Positions 50,783 to 61,600 of a DNA stretch of 64,000 nt are shown in pieces. Within the stretch, counting starts at the first letter, position 1. The number at the start of each line of letters is the position of its first letter. The position numbers and the translations under genes are program-made. The notes beneath the pieces are model-generated. The model saw nothing but the letters and a program-made list of their open reading frames with translations, searched no databases and was not told the origin of the DNA. The stretch is taken from contig CBDANF010000002.1 in NCBI GenBank assembly GCA_965197475.1, positions 192,001-256,000 on the forward strand, read 5' to 3'. This stretch comes from Candidatus Poribacteria bacterium. GTDB lineage: Bacteria; Poribacteria; WGA-4E; WGA-3G.

Positions 50783-51366
50783 AAACATGTATATTCTTTG
50801 AATTCTTTAATACTTGAGGTATTTCAGGACTTATTTTATCCCATGTATTTGATTGATATATCAATGACGGATGATCACCATCTACTACATTTATTTTTAC
50901 ATTTCCATTTACTTCCCTTTCTAACTTAAAAGTTTGATTTCCATAACCATATCTGAACATTTCTTCCGTATATAGTTCCTGAACATCATTCATCCATCCT
51001 CTAATTTTATTAAATGGAATATTGTTTATATTATTAGGTTTAAAATAAATTGTTTTTACCAAATAATCTGCGTTAACTTGTATTGATACTATCATTAAAA
51101 CTATAGTTAATAATAGCAATCTTAATTTTTTCATAATAACTCCCTATATCAATTAATTATATTTTGTTTGAGGATATTGGTTAAATAATGATGCAAGAAT
51201 TAGCGGGATACCCTCTGAACCGCGCTGCATCATATTTCAGTTGCGGTAATGATAACACTTATAACGAGAGTTGTCAATGAAAAAATCAGACTGATTTTCA
51301 TTGACTTATATGCCTAAAACTTGTATCCTCATTGAAACAACTCATTTCTACTCACAGGAGGATACC

Positions 51367-52095
51367 ATGAAAGCGTGTCCAAGATGTCAACATATTCACT
51401 TCGTCAAAAACGGGTTCGTCAACGCAAAACAACGCTATAAATGTCCAAGTTGCCACTATCAATTCACACGCAAAACACCACGAGGTAAACCCCAGACACA
51501 TAAAACCCTCGCTCTGCTCTTGGACTGCCACGGTATTTCAATGAATGCTATCTCAAAACTCTTCAACATTCATGTAACAACTGTTCTCAAATGGGGACGC
51601 TCCTATGCGAAAAAACACGCCCCGAAACGGACATTTTCACCCGGATCCACCGTAGTTTTGGAGCTTGATGAAATGTGGCATTATATCGGAAAGAAGAAAA
51701 ACAAACTTTGGATATGGAAAGCACTTGACAGGAACACAGGATACCTCATAGATTGGCAATGCGGCGGACGCAACACAGAAACCCTTGAAAAACTGACGCA
51801 TCGCCTCAAAGCCTTGAATGTCAAAATGTCCTACACCGACAAGTGGCAGGTGGACGAATCCATCCTACCTGCTTCAAAACATGTTCAAACGAAAGCGGAG
51901 ACACATCGCATTGAACGCAACAATTGCTTGATGCGGCACTGGTTCGGCCGGTTCAAACGTCCGTCCATTATTGTTTCAAAAAGTGTGGAGATGGTGAACC
52001 TAACGATTGCCTTGTTCGCACGATTTCGTGTTAATGGAGACGTGTTTGACATTTTAAAACTTGGCGGAATGGAAACCATGAATATCATTAGTTAG
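51367..52095 (+). mobile_element. IS1 family transposase (InsA and InsB in one frame)
   Basis: CP-x-C...KNG...QRYKC-x-x-C, ELDEMWHY, LWIW-x-A, YTD-x-W, IERNN...R. IS1-like ends GGTAATG (51245) and CAATACC (to 52103). Confidence 0.88.
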
Positions 52096-52224
52096 GCAAT
52101 ACCCTCTTTTGTTTTTGCAATTAGAAATGATAACAGGTTTGGCAAAAACTCTCAAGGAAAAGGCAGATTAAATCATTCTTCCCAAACTTGTCCAAATAAG
52201 GGTATAGTGTAAAATTTCTCTACA

Positions 52225-53814
52225 CTACTTTTCATTCTCTTTTGCTGGTTCTACAGAAATTTTTGCCTGAAAGGCATTGATGTTTCCTTTTCCACTAAAC
52301 CAAGTACCGGTAGCACCCAACTGAAAGATTTTACCTTCGTCAAAACTATATCGCATTCTCCCTATCTGTCCAGACGGGATATCCCACACAGAAGTAAGTG
52401 CCTCAGTGGGAATTCCTTTTATAGGCAATTCGGCATCACCGTCAAACAGATCAAACGACCCGCCAGATTTGGCACTACCCATACGGATATCAATCTTTGG
52501 CGTCCCACCATCCTTAAACGCAGTGGTATCTATTGTAATGACATTGTAGTCTTGGTCACCGTGCCTTGGTGCGCGAAGAACATGCAAGACCTCTTGCTCA
52601 AGATGCTCTCCATCAAGCACTATGTTCAAACCGTTCAATATAGATGCGGAGGTATTCTCCCCGAACCCTGGGAATTTCGCATCCAAGGAATCCATGAGAA
52701 ACGTAAGGTAAGCCTCCTCTTCCGATATGCCCATTCCTGAGGGGTTGTCATAGAGATCATCTTCTGGAAGTTTACCCATCATATCAAATTCCGGAGAAAT
52801 AACTAAGCAATCTACCGGTGAATGTTGTTTCCAACCCTCCATGATGGGTTTTGCTAACGGGTGTGTTCTGTTAAAAATCTTTGACTTATCCTTATATCTC
52901 TGTGCCATGTAGGCTTTCTTTCTGGGAGTGCGTTCTAATTCTGCATTGGAAACCCAGATGTTGATAAAATTTTCATTTAAGAACTCTATAGTTCGATTGT
53001 CAGAGAGAGCACCTGCCCTCAAGCCTTTTCCGCTCCCTCAGCAGGACTCATCCGCTAACGGACCATCTATTGAGATAACATGAATTAGCTTAGCTTGTTC
53101 TTCTGCCAACTCCACTGCTTGATATGGAGACATCCAGTTAATTTGTTCTGACTTGTAGAAACATAAACTCAGCGCGCGTTCTGCCTCTTCTTGGGTTATT
53201 GATTCTGTGAAATCGGTGTTTTGTGCCACATCTTCTATTCCTGTTGTTAGTTCCATTTGGGGGCAGAAACCTGCATCCGTAATAGCGTAATCATCGTTTT
53301 TGTCCTCATGCCAATTGACATCAAAGTTCACTGTGCCTTCGGGCACGTACATCTTAAAGAAAGCAATTTTATCTTCTATCTTGTCAATTATGAGATTTCC
53401 TTTAAACTGTGAGGGTGTAAACCATCCATCTTTTAACTTAAACTCTGCATGTATACGAAATTGAATTTCGGCAAATCTATCGTTATACGCACGTAGGCAT
53501 GCCCATAGACCTTGTGAGTCTTCTGCATCCATTTCCAGACGTGGATCGGGATGAAGTTGCCTTAGCAATGTGAGCACACCTTATTTTTCAATTTGCCAAA
53601 GTTCACCAACCGAAACCGATTCCGATGGAAGAAATGTTTGAAAAACCGATTCAGGATACTGCTTCTCCGGTTCAGCAACCTGCAGGTTTGCTAATTCATC
53701 CCACTCCACGTGGAAGTTGTATTGCGTGTATTCAATGGGCGCGATGAAACCTTTGACCAACACGTCTGCATCACCGTCAAGATTAAGCGTAATTTTGTCT
53801 GATAAAATACTCAT
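52225..53814 (-). CDS. Selenoprotein N (SELENON)-like protein with in-frame UGA (Sec) at 53038-53040 and a further in-frame TAA at 53581-53583 (possible pseudogene)
   Basis: Three ORFs lie in one frame, with GGAG RBS before ATG 53814. Read-through gives GPLADESC-U-GSGKGLRAGAL. Motifs FLP, WACL, FRIHAEF, WFTPSQF-x-G, DAGFCPQMEL and KLIHVI follow the SelN order. Confidence 0.8.
53003..53039 (-). promoter_or_regulatory. Candidate SECIS-like hairpin immediately 3' of the UGA
   Basis: mRNA UGA GGGAGC GGAAAAG GCU-UGAG-GGC AGGU GCUCUC UC: GGGAGC pairs with GCUCUC below a short apical hairpin with a G-containing loop. Folded by eye only. Confidence 0.35.
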
Positions 53815-53934
53815 TTTAATTCTCCACTGCAGAAATTTTTTGTATTCACTTATACGCATTTTCGGATGCAGTTTGCGGGTGTGTAGGTATTTTGTGATAT
53901 AAGGTTAACTTTCAAAAAACCTGTAGTGTTTTCA

Positions 53935-54113
53935 ATGTAGGGCCAAATCAACGCAGCGTGCGCGTGTGACACGCTGCGGGATCTCTGTGCCCGCCCGTTG
54001 TTTTCGTATATGAGAGATAGCGGGAAACCCAGAGACCCCGCCCAACGAGGCGTGACGAGATTTGTCTCCTAAATTGATACCTATGGGTTTCACGGTGTTC
54101 TACACAACCTATA
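53935..54113. repeat. REP/MITE cluster
   Basis: cctaaattgatacctatggg (MITE end like 24257-24274) is followed by tttcacggtgttctacacaaccta, the same REP target as at 24275. Palindrome cgcagcgtg...cacgctgcg. Confidence 0.6.
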
Positions 54114-54133
54114 AATTTCAGTGCGATAGTGTG

Positions 54134-55261
54134 TCAGCGACCGCCCAGGTGTTCCAATCTTTTGAAAGGGACCCCGCCTTCGCTATACATGTGCATCACA
54201 TGGTCAATAAATTCGTATTTGGCAAGTGAACAGGAACGAAGTTTATTAGGGTGGAAAAGATAATATGCAACACTTTCCGCCCAATCTTCATTTGGATTCT
54301 TTGAATAAGCGTATGCTGTAACAAATTCTTTTTGACTTTTCGTCTTTGACCACCCATGCTTATTATTTGGGTCTTTACGCCATCCTCCAAGTTCCGACCA
54401 TTCCTTTCTAAGCTTCCCGTTAAGGGCATACTCCCATAAAAAATGTGCTTTTTCATGAATGATTATGCGCTGGAACTCAATTTGATTACCTATGCGAAAA
54501 GTATGTGCGGCATACTCAACACAATCTGCAACAATCCATGCCGAACCTGCATACGGTGCTTGCTGGCTACGAAGAAGATATTTTAATCGAGGTATTTTAT
54601 GTAATCCTTTGGGGAATTTTTCAAATACTGACATGAGCATCATAAGTTCTTGGTTTGTAAATTTCGATACACGTAGTTCCCCTATATACTTACGTAGTTT
54701 CTGTCCTATCTTCTCAGCTTCAGGTGTCCTTATACTAACTAAACTAAGACCGTACACTTCTTTCAGCACGAGTTCTATTGCATATCTGTCAGCCCCATCC
54801 TTCAGTATTAGTTTTACTGCAGGCATATTTGTCCAATCCTCAGTTACGAATTGAGCGACAACCCGAAAAAGCCGTTTGTTTGATAGCAATTCTTCCTGAG
54901 ATTCTTCTTCCTGAAATTCTTCAGTTGAAAAAACATCACTACTAATAGTAACGTGTTTCAAACTATTTACAGATTCAACCCGAACATCATCTTGTAAATC
55001 TTCATCACTTATCTTCCACACAGAAAGATTCAATTTGTGGTTTGGATATTTAGATTTTTGATATATAGGATAAATAGATTCAAAGGTTTCTAAAAGCGCG
55101 TCTGCTTGTTTTGTAGTCCAAGTAGTGTCTAAATTGACAGCATGCCTCTGTTTCAACTGTGTAAAAGTATTTTGACTCGGTTTTTGAAAAAGAGATACAT
55201 AGCAACTTGATTGAAAAATTATGATAGTAAGAAAAACAGTGCTGTTAATAACTCGCATCAT
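54134..55261 (-). CDS. Putative secreted/lipoprotein zinc metallopeptidase
   Basis: Signal-like N-terminus with Cys; IIIHEKAHF...W...FVTAYA-x-x-x-NP-x-EDWAES. Confidence 0.7.
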   Translation of the reverse strand: MMRVINSTVFLTIIIFQSSCYVSLFQKPSQNTFTQLKQRHAVNLDTTWTTKQADALLETFESIYPIYQKSKYPNHKLNLSVWKISDEDLQDDVRVESVNSLKHVTISSDVFSTEEFQEEESQEELLSNKRLFRVVAQFVTEDWTNMPAVKLILKDGADRYAIELVLKEVYGLSLVSIRTPEAEKIGQKLRKYIGELRVSKFTNQELMMLMSVFEKFPKGLHKIPRLKYLLRSQQAPYAGSAWIVADCVEYAAHTFRIGNQIEFQRIIIHEKAHFLWEYALNGKLRKEWSELGGWRKDPNNKHGWSKTKSQKEFVTAYAYSKNPNEDWAESVAYYLFHPNKLRSCSLAKYEFIDHVMHMYSEGGVPFKRLEHLGGR

Positions 55262-55578
55262 TACCTCTTATTGCTGTGAAGCACACATCTTAGACTTGTG
55301 ATATGAAGCCTTTTCTTTACTTTTAGCCAGTTTATTATAAGGTTATTAAGTTTCGATTTTTCGGGTGTATTTTAACAAATGTTAATGTTTTATAGCAAAT
55401 CTAAATATGTGAACGCACCTGTGCCTGGTAGGTGCAGTGAATAAACGTCAAATGCGCGTATGGCATTCGGAAGGAAACCCAGAGACCTCGCCCTATAATG
55501 AAAAGGATAACACACGCTGAATTGATGTCTATGGGTTAGACTGAAAGTGAAGTCCAAACTTGGGCAAAGGGAGTTAGT

Positions 55579-56160
55579 CTATTGGTTTTCATACGCAGCA
55601 ATGTCCGCTTCATACTGCAAAGTCCAACCGATTTCATCGAGTCCATTTAGCATGCAGTATTTCTCAAAATTGCCAATCTCATAAGTGTGTGCAGTTCCAT
55701 CAGGACAGATTACCGATTGTTCTTCTAAATCTACCATTAGTCGGTACCCTTCGGTATCCTGCCCTGCTTGGCTCAGCGAGGCGATAACATCTGTAGATAG
55801 GGCTATGGGCAGTATACCGTTCTTATAACAATTGTTGCGGAAGATGTCGGCAAATGATGGTGCAAGAATCGCTTTGAAACCGTACTGCTGCAATGCCCAC
55901 GGCGCATGCTCTCGTGAACTACCACAACCGAAGTTTACACCAGCAATTAGTATACTTGCGCCCGCATAACGCGGATAGTTCAGCACAAACTCAGGATTTG
56001 GGTCGCCATTTTCGAGGTAACGCCAATCGTAAAATAAAAATTCGCCGAAGCCGGTCCGTTCAATCCTTTTCAGAAATTGCTTAGGGATAATCTGGTCGGT
56101 GTCAACATTAATTCGGTCAAGTGGTACAACAAGTCCAACGTGTTCTTTAAATGCTTCCAT
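55579..56160 (-). CDS. leuD: 3-isopropylmalate dehydratase small subunit
   Basis: [34 protein letters not shown]-x-NN. Confidence 0.97.
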   Translation of the reverse strand: MEAFKEHVGLVVPLDRINVDTDQIIPKQFLKRIERTGFGEFLFYDWRYLENGDPNPEFVLNYPRYAGASILIAGVNFGCGSSREHAPWALQQYGFKAILAPSFADIFRNNCYKNGILPIALSTDVIASLSQAGQDTEGYRLMVDLEEQSVICPDGTAHTYEIGNFEKYCMLNGLDEIGWTLQYEADIAAYENQ

Positions 56161-56193
56161 TTCTTTGTGACTCCTCTGTTACGAACAGTAGGA

Positions 56194-56270
56194 CTGAGGC
56201 ACGGAGACCTCACCCTACAATAATTAAAGGGCAGTAACAAGGCTGAGGCACGGGGACCTCACCCTACAAT
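56194..56270. repeat. Direct repeat of a 28-bp REP-like unit between leuC and leuD
   Basis: ctgaggcacgg(a/g)gacctcaccctacaat at 56194 and 56243 (27 of 28 identical). Confidence 0.85.
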
Positions 56271-56272
56271 GA

Positions 56273-57676
56273 TCACTGTGTGAATTCTCTGATGTCAACA
56301 AAACGACCTGTTACAGCAGTTGCAGCCGCCATCTGTGGACTGACAAGGTGCGTGCGTCCACCTTTACCCTGTCTACCTTCAAAATTCCTGTTTGATGTAC
56401 TTGCACATCGTTGGCCGGGCATGAGAATGTCGGGATTCATACCGAGACACATACTACAGCCAGCCTCGCGCCATTCAAACCCTGCCGCACGGAAAATATC
56501 GTGAAGTCCTTCCGCTTCCGCTTGCCGTTTGACCGCTTGCGAACCTGGGACGACCATTGCATCAACGGTCTCTGCAACTTTCCTGCCCTTCACAACCTCG
56601 GCTGCAGCGCGTAAATCACTGATACGTGAATTGGTGCAGCTACCGATAAAAACTCTCTCAACCGTAATATCTGTCATCGGCGTACCGGGTTCAAGGTCCA
56701 TATATTCCAAAGCGTGTTCTGCGGCACGTTTCTCGTCAGTTGTATCCATATCCACAGGATTTGGCACACGTCCTGTTACATCAGTAACCATGCCAGGATT
56801 TGTACCCCATGTCACCTGCGGTGCTATATCCGCTGCGTCAAGTTTTAGCGTCCGATTGTATGTTGCTTCCTCATCAGTTGGGAGTTGTTTCCAACTTTCA
56901 ACTGCTGCATCAAACGCTTCACCTTTCGGGGCAAAACGTTTGCCAGCGATGTATTCGTAGGTCATGTCATCAGGGGCAATCATTCCAGCGCGAGCACCTG
57001 CCTCAATTGACATGTTACAGACGGTCATCCGTTCCTCAACGCTGAGGGAGCGGATCGTGGAACCTGTATATTCCACCACAGCACCGTTGCCGCCATCTAT
57101 ACCGATATGTCCGATAATAGAGAGGATAATATCTTTCGCAGTTACGCCGTAAGGCAGTGTGCCATCAACTCGGATTTCAAAGGTTTCCGACTTGTGTTGT
57201 AATAAGCACTGTGTTGCGAGGACATGCTCAATCTCACTTGTCCCAATGCCGAAAGCAAGCGCACCGAGCGCACCGTGTGTTGAGGTGTGGCTATCACCGC
57301 ATACAATCGTTTGTCCGGGCTGCGTGATACCCAGCTCAGGTCCGATTACGTGGACGATGCCTTGCTCAGGACTGTTGATGTCGTAGAGCGGAATATCAAA
57401 CTCTGCGCAATTTTGTGCAAGTGTTTCCATCTGCTTCGCTGCGATCAGATCGGCAACAGGAAACGTTCTATCCGTGGTCGGAACGTTGTGATCCATCGTA
57501 GCGAACGTTAGCTCGGGACGGCGTACCTTGCGGTTGCTGAGCCGCAACTCTTCAAATGCTTGGGGAGATGTCACTTCGTGAACAAGGTGTGTATCTATAT
57601 AAAGAATCGGCACCTCATCTGCGGATGCCCGCACGAGATGCGCGTCCCATATCTTTTCATACATCGTTTTTTTCAT
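56273..57676 (-). CDS. leuC: 3-isopropylmalate dehydratase large subunit
   Basis: [49 protein letters not shown]. Start placed at ATG 57676. Confidence 0.97.
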   Translation of the reverse strand: MKKTMYEKIWDAHLVRASADEVPILYIDTHLVHEVTSPQAFEELRLSNRKVRRPELTFATMDHNVPTTDRTFPVADLIAAKQMETLAQNCAEFDIPLYDINSPEQGIVHVIGPELGITQPGQTIVCGDSHTSTHGALGALAFGIGTSEIEHVLATQCLLQHKSETFEIRVDGTLPYGVTAKDIILSIIGHIGIDGGNGAVVEYTGSTIRSLSVEERMTVCNMSIEAGARAGMIAPDDMTYEYIAGKRFAPKGEAFDAAVESWKQLPTDEEATYNRTLKLDAADIAPQVTWGTNPGMVTDVTGRVPNPVDMDTTDEKRAAEHALEYMDLEPGTPMTDITVERVFIGSCTNSRISDLRAAAEVVKGRKVAETVDAMVVPGSQAVKRQAEAEGLHDIFRAAGFEWREAGCSMCLGMNPDILMPGQRCASTSNRNFEGRQGKGGRTHLVSPQMAAATAVTGRFVDIREFTQ

Positions 57677-57961
57677 CGTTTTTCTATAACCTCTGTCTTG
57701 TTTATCTATAAAAAAATAAAAATTGTTTCGGTAATTCACAGCGGAGTTATCACAAAGCGGAGTAGCTGACGATGGATTTGTTGAAAAGCAAGTCGCTAAC
57801 AGGCTTGCAGTTTTGGTAGACACCGAGCATGAAGACCCCGGCGGTTGCGTGCCTGAAAAATGCTGTTAAAGCATTCAGAATCGCGTCTTATCTCCTTGTT
57901 GTAAGGGTATTGTGCCTTTCATAGATGTCAGTTGTTAGTAGGAATTCGCCAATCCGGAGTA

Positions 57962-58378
57962 TTAGGGGTTTACAATCCGCTGTTGTTTGAGCGTTTCGAT
58001 TTCTTGTGTGAGCGTTTCAATCTGCTTTTCAAGGGTGTAATCTTTTCTGCTTCGCCTATGTGCTAATATGCCCCACACAGTTGCACCGATCGCGAGAATC
58101 GCCAAAGGGATACCAATACAGGCAATGATGATGTTATTTTGTCTGTCAAAATTCTTTTGAATAGTGTCAAAGCCGTTACTCATAGTTTCTTTTAGATTTG
58201 TGACTTCTGTTTTTACGACTGCCCCATCAGTTTTTAGCGTCACAATATCGGCTTTTATAGGTCTGATTTCTTCTTGAACAATCAAGCGGATTTTATCAAG
58301 GTCAACATCAGTTAACGCTGCCATAGTTGGTAAAGCGATGACACAAAAGAGTATAGTGAGAGCGAGCATCGTTTTCAT
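57962..58378 (-). CDS. Hypothetical secreted/membrane coiled-coil protein
   Basis: Signal peptide, coiled-coil segment, one TM helix, short C-terminal coiled coil. Confidence 0.6.
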   Translation of the reverse strand: MKTMLALTILFCVIALPTMAALTDVDLDKIRLIVQEEIRPIKADIVTLKTDGAVVKTEVTNLKETMSNGFDTIQKNFDRQNNIIIACIGIPLAILAIGATVWGILAHRRSRKDYTLEKQIETLTQEIETLKQQRIVNP

Positions 58379-58603
58379 AGAGTATTCCCAGTGCCAGCTT
58401 GATTTATCCCCCAGCAAAGGTGGGAGGATGGTAGACATGTCTTGCCAGCATGCTTCACAGTATCACCCAAAACTGGATAACTTAATTATGGGTCTTTTCG
58501 TAGGCACGTTCGATCAAATATATCACTAACGAGTCGTTAACAACAGTATCATACCCTAAAAACAACCGAAAATCAAACAAAAAACGTCCTCGTTCTTTTT
58601 CCT

Positions 58604-61600
58604 CTACAGATACTTTGTGAGAATGGCATTTTTACGCTCAGTGGCTTCGTCAATTACGGCTTGTGCCCCGGTGATTTTTGCTTCTAATTGCCCAACTTCT
58701 GCCGCTAACTGTTTTTGAATGTTAAGCGGAGGAACAGGGATTCTTATGTTTTTAATTTCTGTTAGATTAAGCATGTCATATTGAGATAAATCTTGTATTA
58801 TTCGCTTATAAAGCGATTTCAGACAATAAAAAATATAAATATCCAGTATGTTCTTTGACAAAGATTTTATTCCTGCAATATTCTGATTCGTAGTTGCTTC
58901 AAATGTCAAAAAGGCAGTTTTGCCTTTTGTAGCACCTACTAAAGCAATTAAAGTCGTATTTGATGCAAGCCATTTTGCGCTGGAATTATTTAATCCTTCT
59001 TCGGTAATACATTCATAGTCAATATTTTTACTAATATGCGTTTCTTTACAGACTTCTGAGCGCAACCAAGGTATCAATCCGTTTTCCCAATAAGCATTAT
59101 TTTTTCTTGAAGGCGTACCACCGCTTTTAATATCTGTTATATCACCCAATTTTTTTATTTCAGAACTGGCACTTACAACAGTCTGTAGCTTTTCTTCAAT
59201 TTCCTGTTTGGCTGTGGTAATAGCTTCGCGGGCTTGAGCAGTTTCCTGATCCACCGCCTCACATTCATCAACAATCTGTTGCTGTTTATGGGACGGTGGA
59301 AGAGGAATTTTTATTTCTTTAAGGTTGGTTGAATTTAATCCGCCTTGGGCAGATCCTGTGATATTATGTTTTAGCAGATTTTGACCGTTTTCCGAAAAAA
59401 GAAAATTAAAAATATAATATTGCTTTAGTTGTAATTCACACCGCAAAAGAAAAACATGTTCATTCACCATTGCATTTTCATTGTTCAGTTCCTCCCTTAA
59501 AAGTGCAATTTTTCCAGTTAAAGCACCATCTTTGCAAAGCAAAATATCATTTTCTTGCAATTTACCTCTTGTGCTGTCGCGATAAAAATCTAACGGAACA
59601 TATTTAGGCGTGCTTAAATCAACCATTCCAGTTGTTGAATGTATATGTTCACCTCCCAAACTCCAAGCACCGCTTGATATATTTTCAACACCACCTTTGG
59701 GTCTATTTCCAGTTTCAATTGTTTCTATCTCATCTCCTAACTTCACCAATGGCCATTGGGTTTCAATATCAATATTTTGCTGAGGGTTTAAACTAATGAT
59801 TTTATGAAAATCTACACGGCTAAAATTCAACATATCGGTGAGTTTGGCATAATGGCAATGTTCGGGCAATGGGTCCGGGGTTTCACCAATAAAGTTTCGT
59901 TTAATTGCGGTGTTTATTTTTGCGATGTTATCTGGATCCTTCGGGTCAAATAGGGGTGTGATAATATCGTTTACCGTTTCGCCTCCCTCGTATTTAATGC
60001 CCTCTCGACCTTTGGCACTACTCCATTCATAACCTAAAAATCGCTTTCGTTCTTTGTTGATATTTGGTGCATTGACAATTAGCACCTTGTTTTCCTGCTC
60101 GTGTGCCAGAATAAAGTAGTAGAGTTTTTCTTTTTCTATGGTGTGTAGGTAATCAATAAGACGTTGTGCTAATTCTTCGGATTGTTCCGTTGGTGTTTTT
60201 TTCTTGAAGACATTGGATTTTTTCAGATTTTTTATATCAGTCCTTTGATTAAAGGCTTGCTCATAGTCTTGGAAAATATCGTATACTAATAGGTCGGCAA
60301 GCGGCTCAAGGTTGGTTTGGGCAAAGAGCTTAATGTATTCTTCATAAGAGACATCAATATGGTGGCAGTAAGCTTTTATTAGGTGGTGATCTTGGTAATA
60401 TTCTTCACTCTCGTCATCACCTGCAAAAAAGACTTTCACTCGATTGCGGTAATGGTCGGCGGCTTCCGGTTTTCGCTTTTTCCGTCTTAAAAAAAGCACC
60501 ACAGTATTGGTCCCAGTCTTGCCAAAGGTGCCACTTCCTAGTTCGGCAATACTCATTATATCAAAAAATTGTAGCAGAATCTCACGCGTCCGGTTGTGAA
60601 CCGCTTCCGTATTGGACAAGATGCTGGAGGGAACAATTACACCAACCACCCCATCTGGTGCCATTAAGTGATGAATCCGTTCTAAAAAGAAGCATTCAAT
60701 GTTATTGGTATTGCTATTTTCACCTGTGGCTTCAATGAGTTTATACTCATTTTTGTCCGCATCGCTCAAGGTTTGTAGAAAGCCTTCGACGGCAAAGGGT
60801 GGATTAGCCACCAAGACATCAAAACTTTGTGGTGGAATTTCAGGGCGAGAGGCGAGCGCGTCAGCGTCTAATATCTTAATCTGCTCTTGACCGTGCATAT
60901 ACGCTGCAACCTTGGCGACTTTTGCCAAGCGATCTTCTTTTTCTATGCCAGTGATGTGGTTATAATAGCGGACTCTTTCTTGTTTTTGAACAAACTGCTT
61001 TATTTGATAGGCGTATTCATTTAGGAAATGTCCAGACCCACAGGCGTAGTCAATCACTTTAATCGGTTCAGCTTTCTCTATTATTTTTTGTTCAAGTGGC
61101 AAGGAGCCGACGATAAATTTGCAGATAGGCAGCGGCGTGAAAAATTGACCTTCGGACTGCTTGATACCGTTGTCAAGAAAGAACTCAAACATATCACCCA
61201 AAAATTGGTTTTGCTCATCTGTTTTGAGGCGTAACCCTTGCCACATTTGTACAACCTCTGACAAAACTGCGGTGTTTCTTTCGAATAAATCTTTGTTATG
61301 GGTGTCTAAAAATGAGAACGCTGAGTTGGAGAAAAATTTAAGTTCTGTAAAAAAGTCATGAATCTTTTTCTTGGTGGCGTTGCGGTCATTTTTGACAGGC
61401 CAAAATGCCTCGTCAATTTGTTCACGACTGATGTAACTGATTTCTTCGTTTAGAAACTTACGCATTCCCCGCTGATAGAGGTTTTGCAGTCTATCAACGA
61501 AATCGAAATAGTTATCGTAAGCGGGCCCATTCCAATAAAATTTGAGGTTATCTTTGTTTTCTTCTTCATCAACAAGTTTGCATAGAAACAGATTGACCAA

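Larger units (their letters stand above)
47260..51134 (-). pseudogene. AT-rich secreted HExxH metallopeptidase with NPCBM/NEW2-like domain, interrupted by IS1595 and IS3
   Basis: Removing each IS plus one TSD copy restores a 543-aa frame: signal peptide...KNIHV|FIVGG...AHEIGHTFGLYH...NNILV|LGWQ...NPCBM-like domain...INPKDKVATLWGEIK. Confidence 0.85.

Noticed and set aside
46322-52110. Prophage or integron
   Set aside because: No integrase, phage structural genes or attC-like sites; the content is explained by four IS elements and one passenger gene.
52225-53859. Alternative genetic code (UGA as Trp or Gly) to explain the in-frame TGA
   Set aside because: TGA terminates many conserved genes here (miaA, ppk2, leuC, recQ) and Trp uses TGG, so site-specific Sec recoding fits better.
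56194-56270. Two 28-bp direct repeats as a mini-CRISPR
   Set aside because: Only two copies with a 21-nt gap; the sequence belongs to the GTAGGG REP family seen elsewhere in the window.
57677-57960. Leucine attenuator or T-box upstream of leuC, and the 49-aa ORF extension
   Set aside because: No Leu-rich leader peptide, T-box motif or clear terminator was found; LeuC homology starts at ATG 57676.
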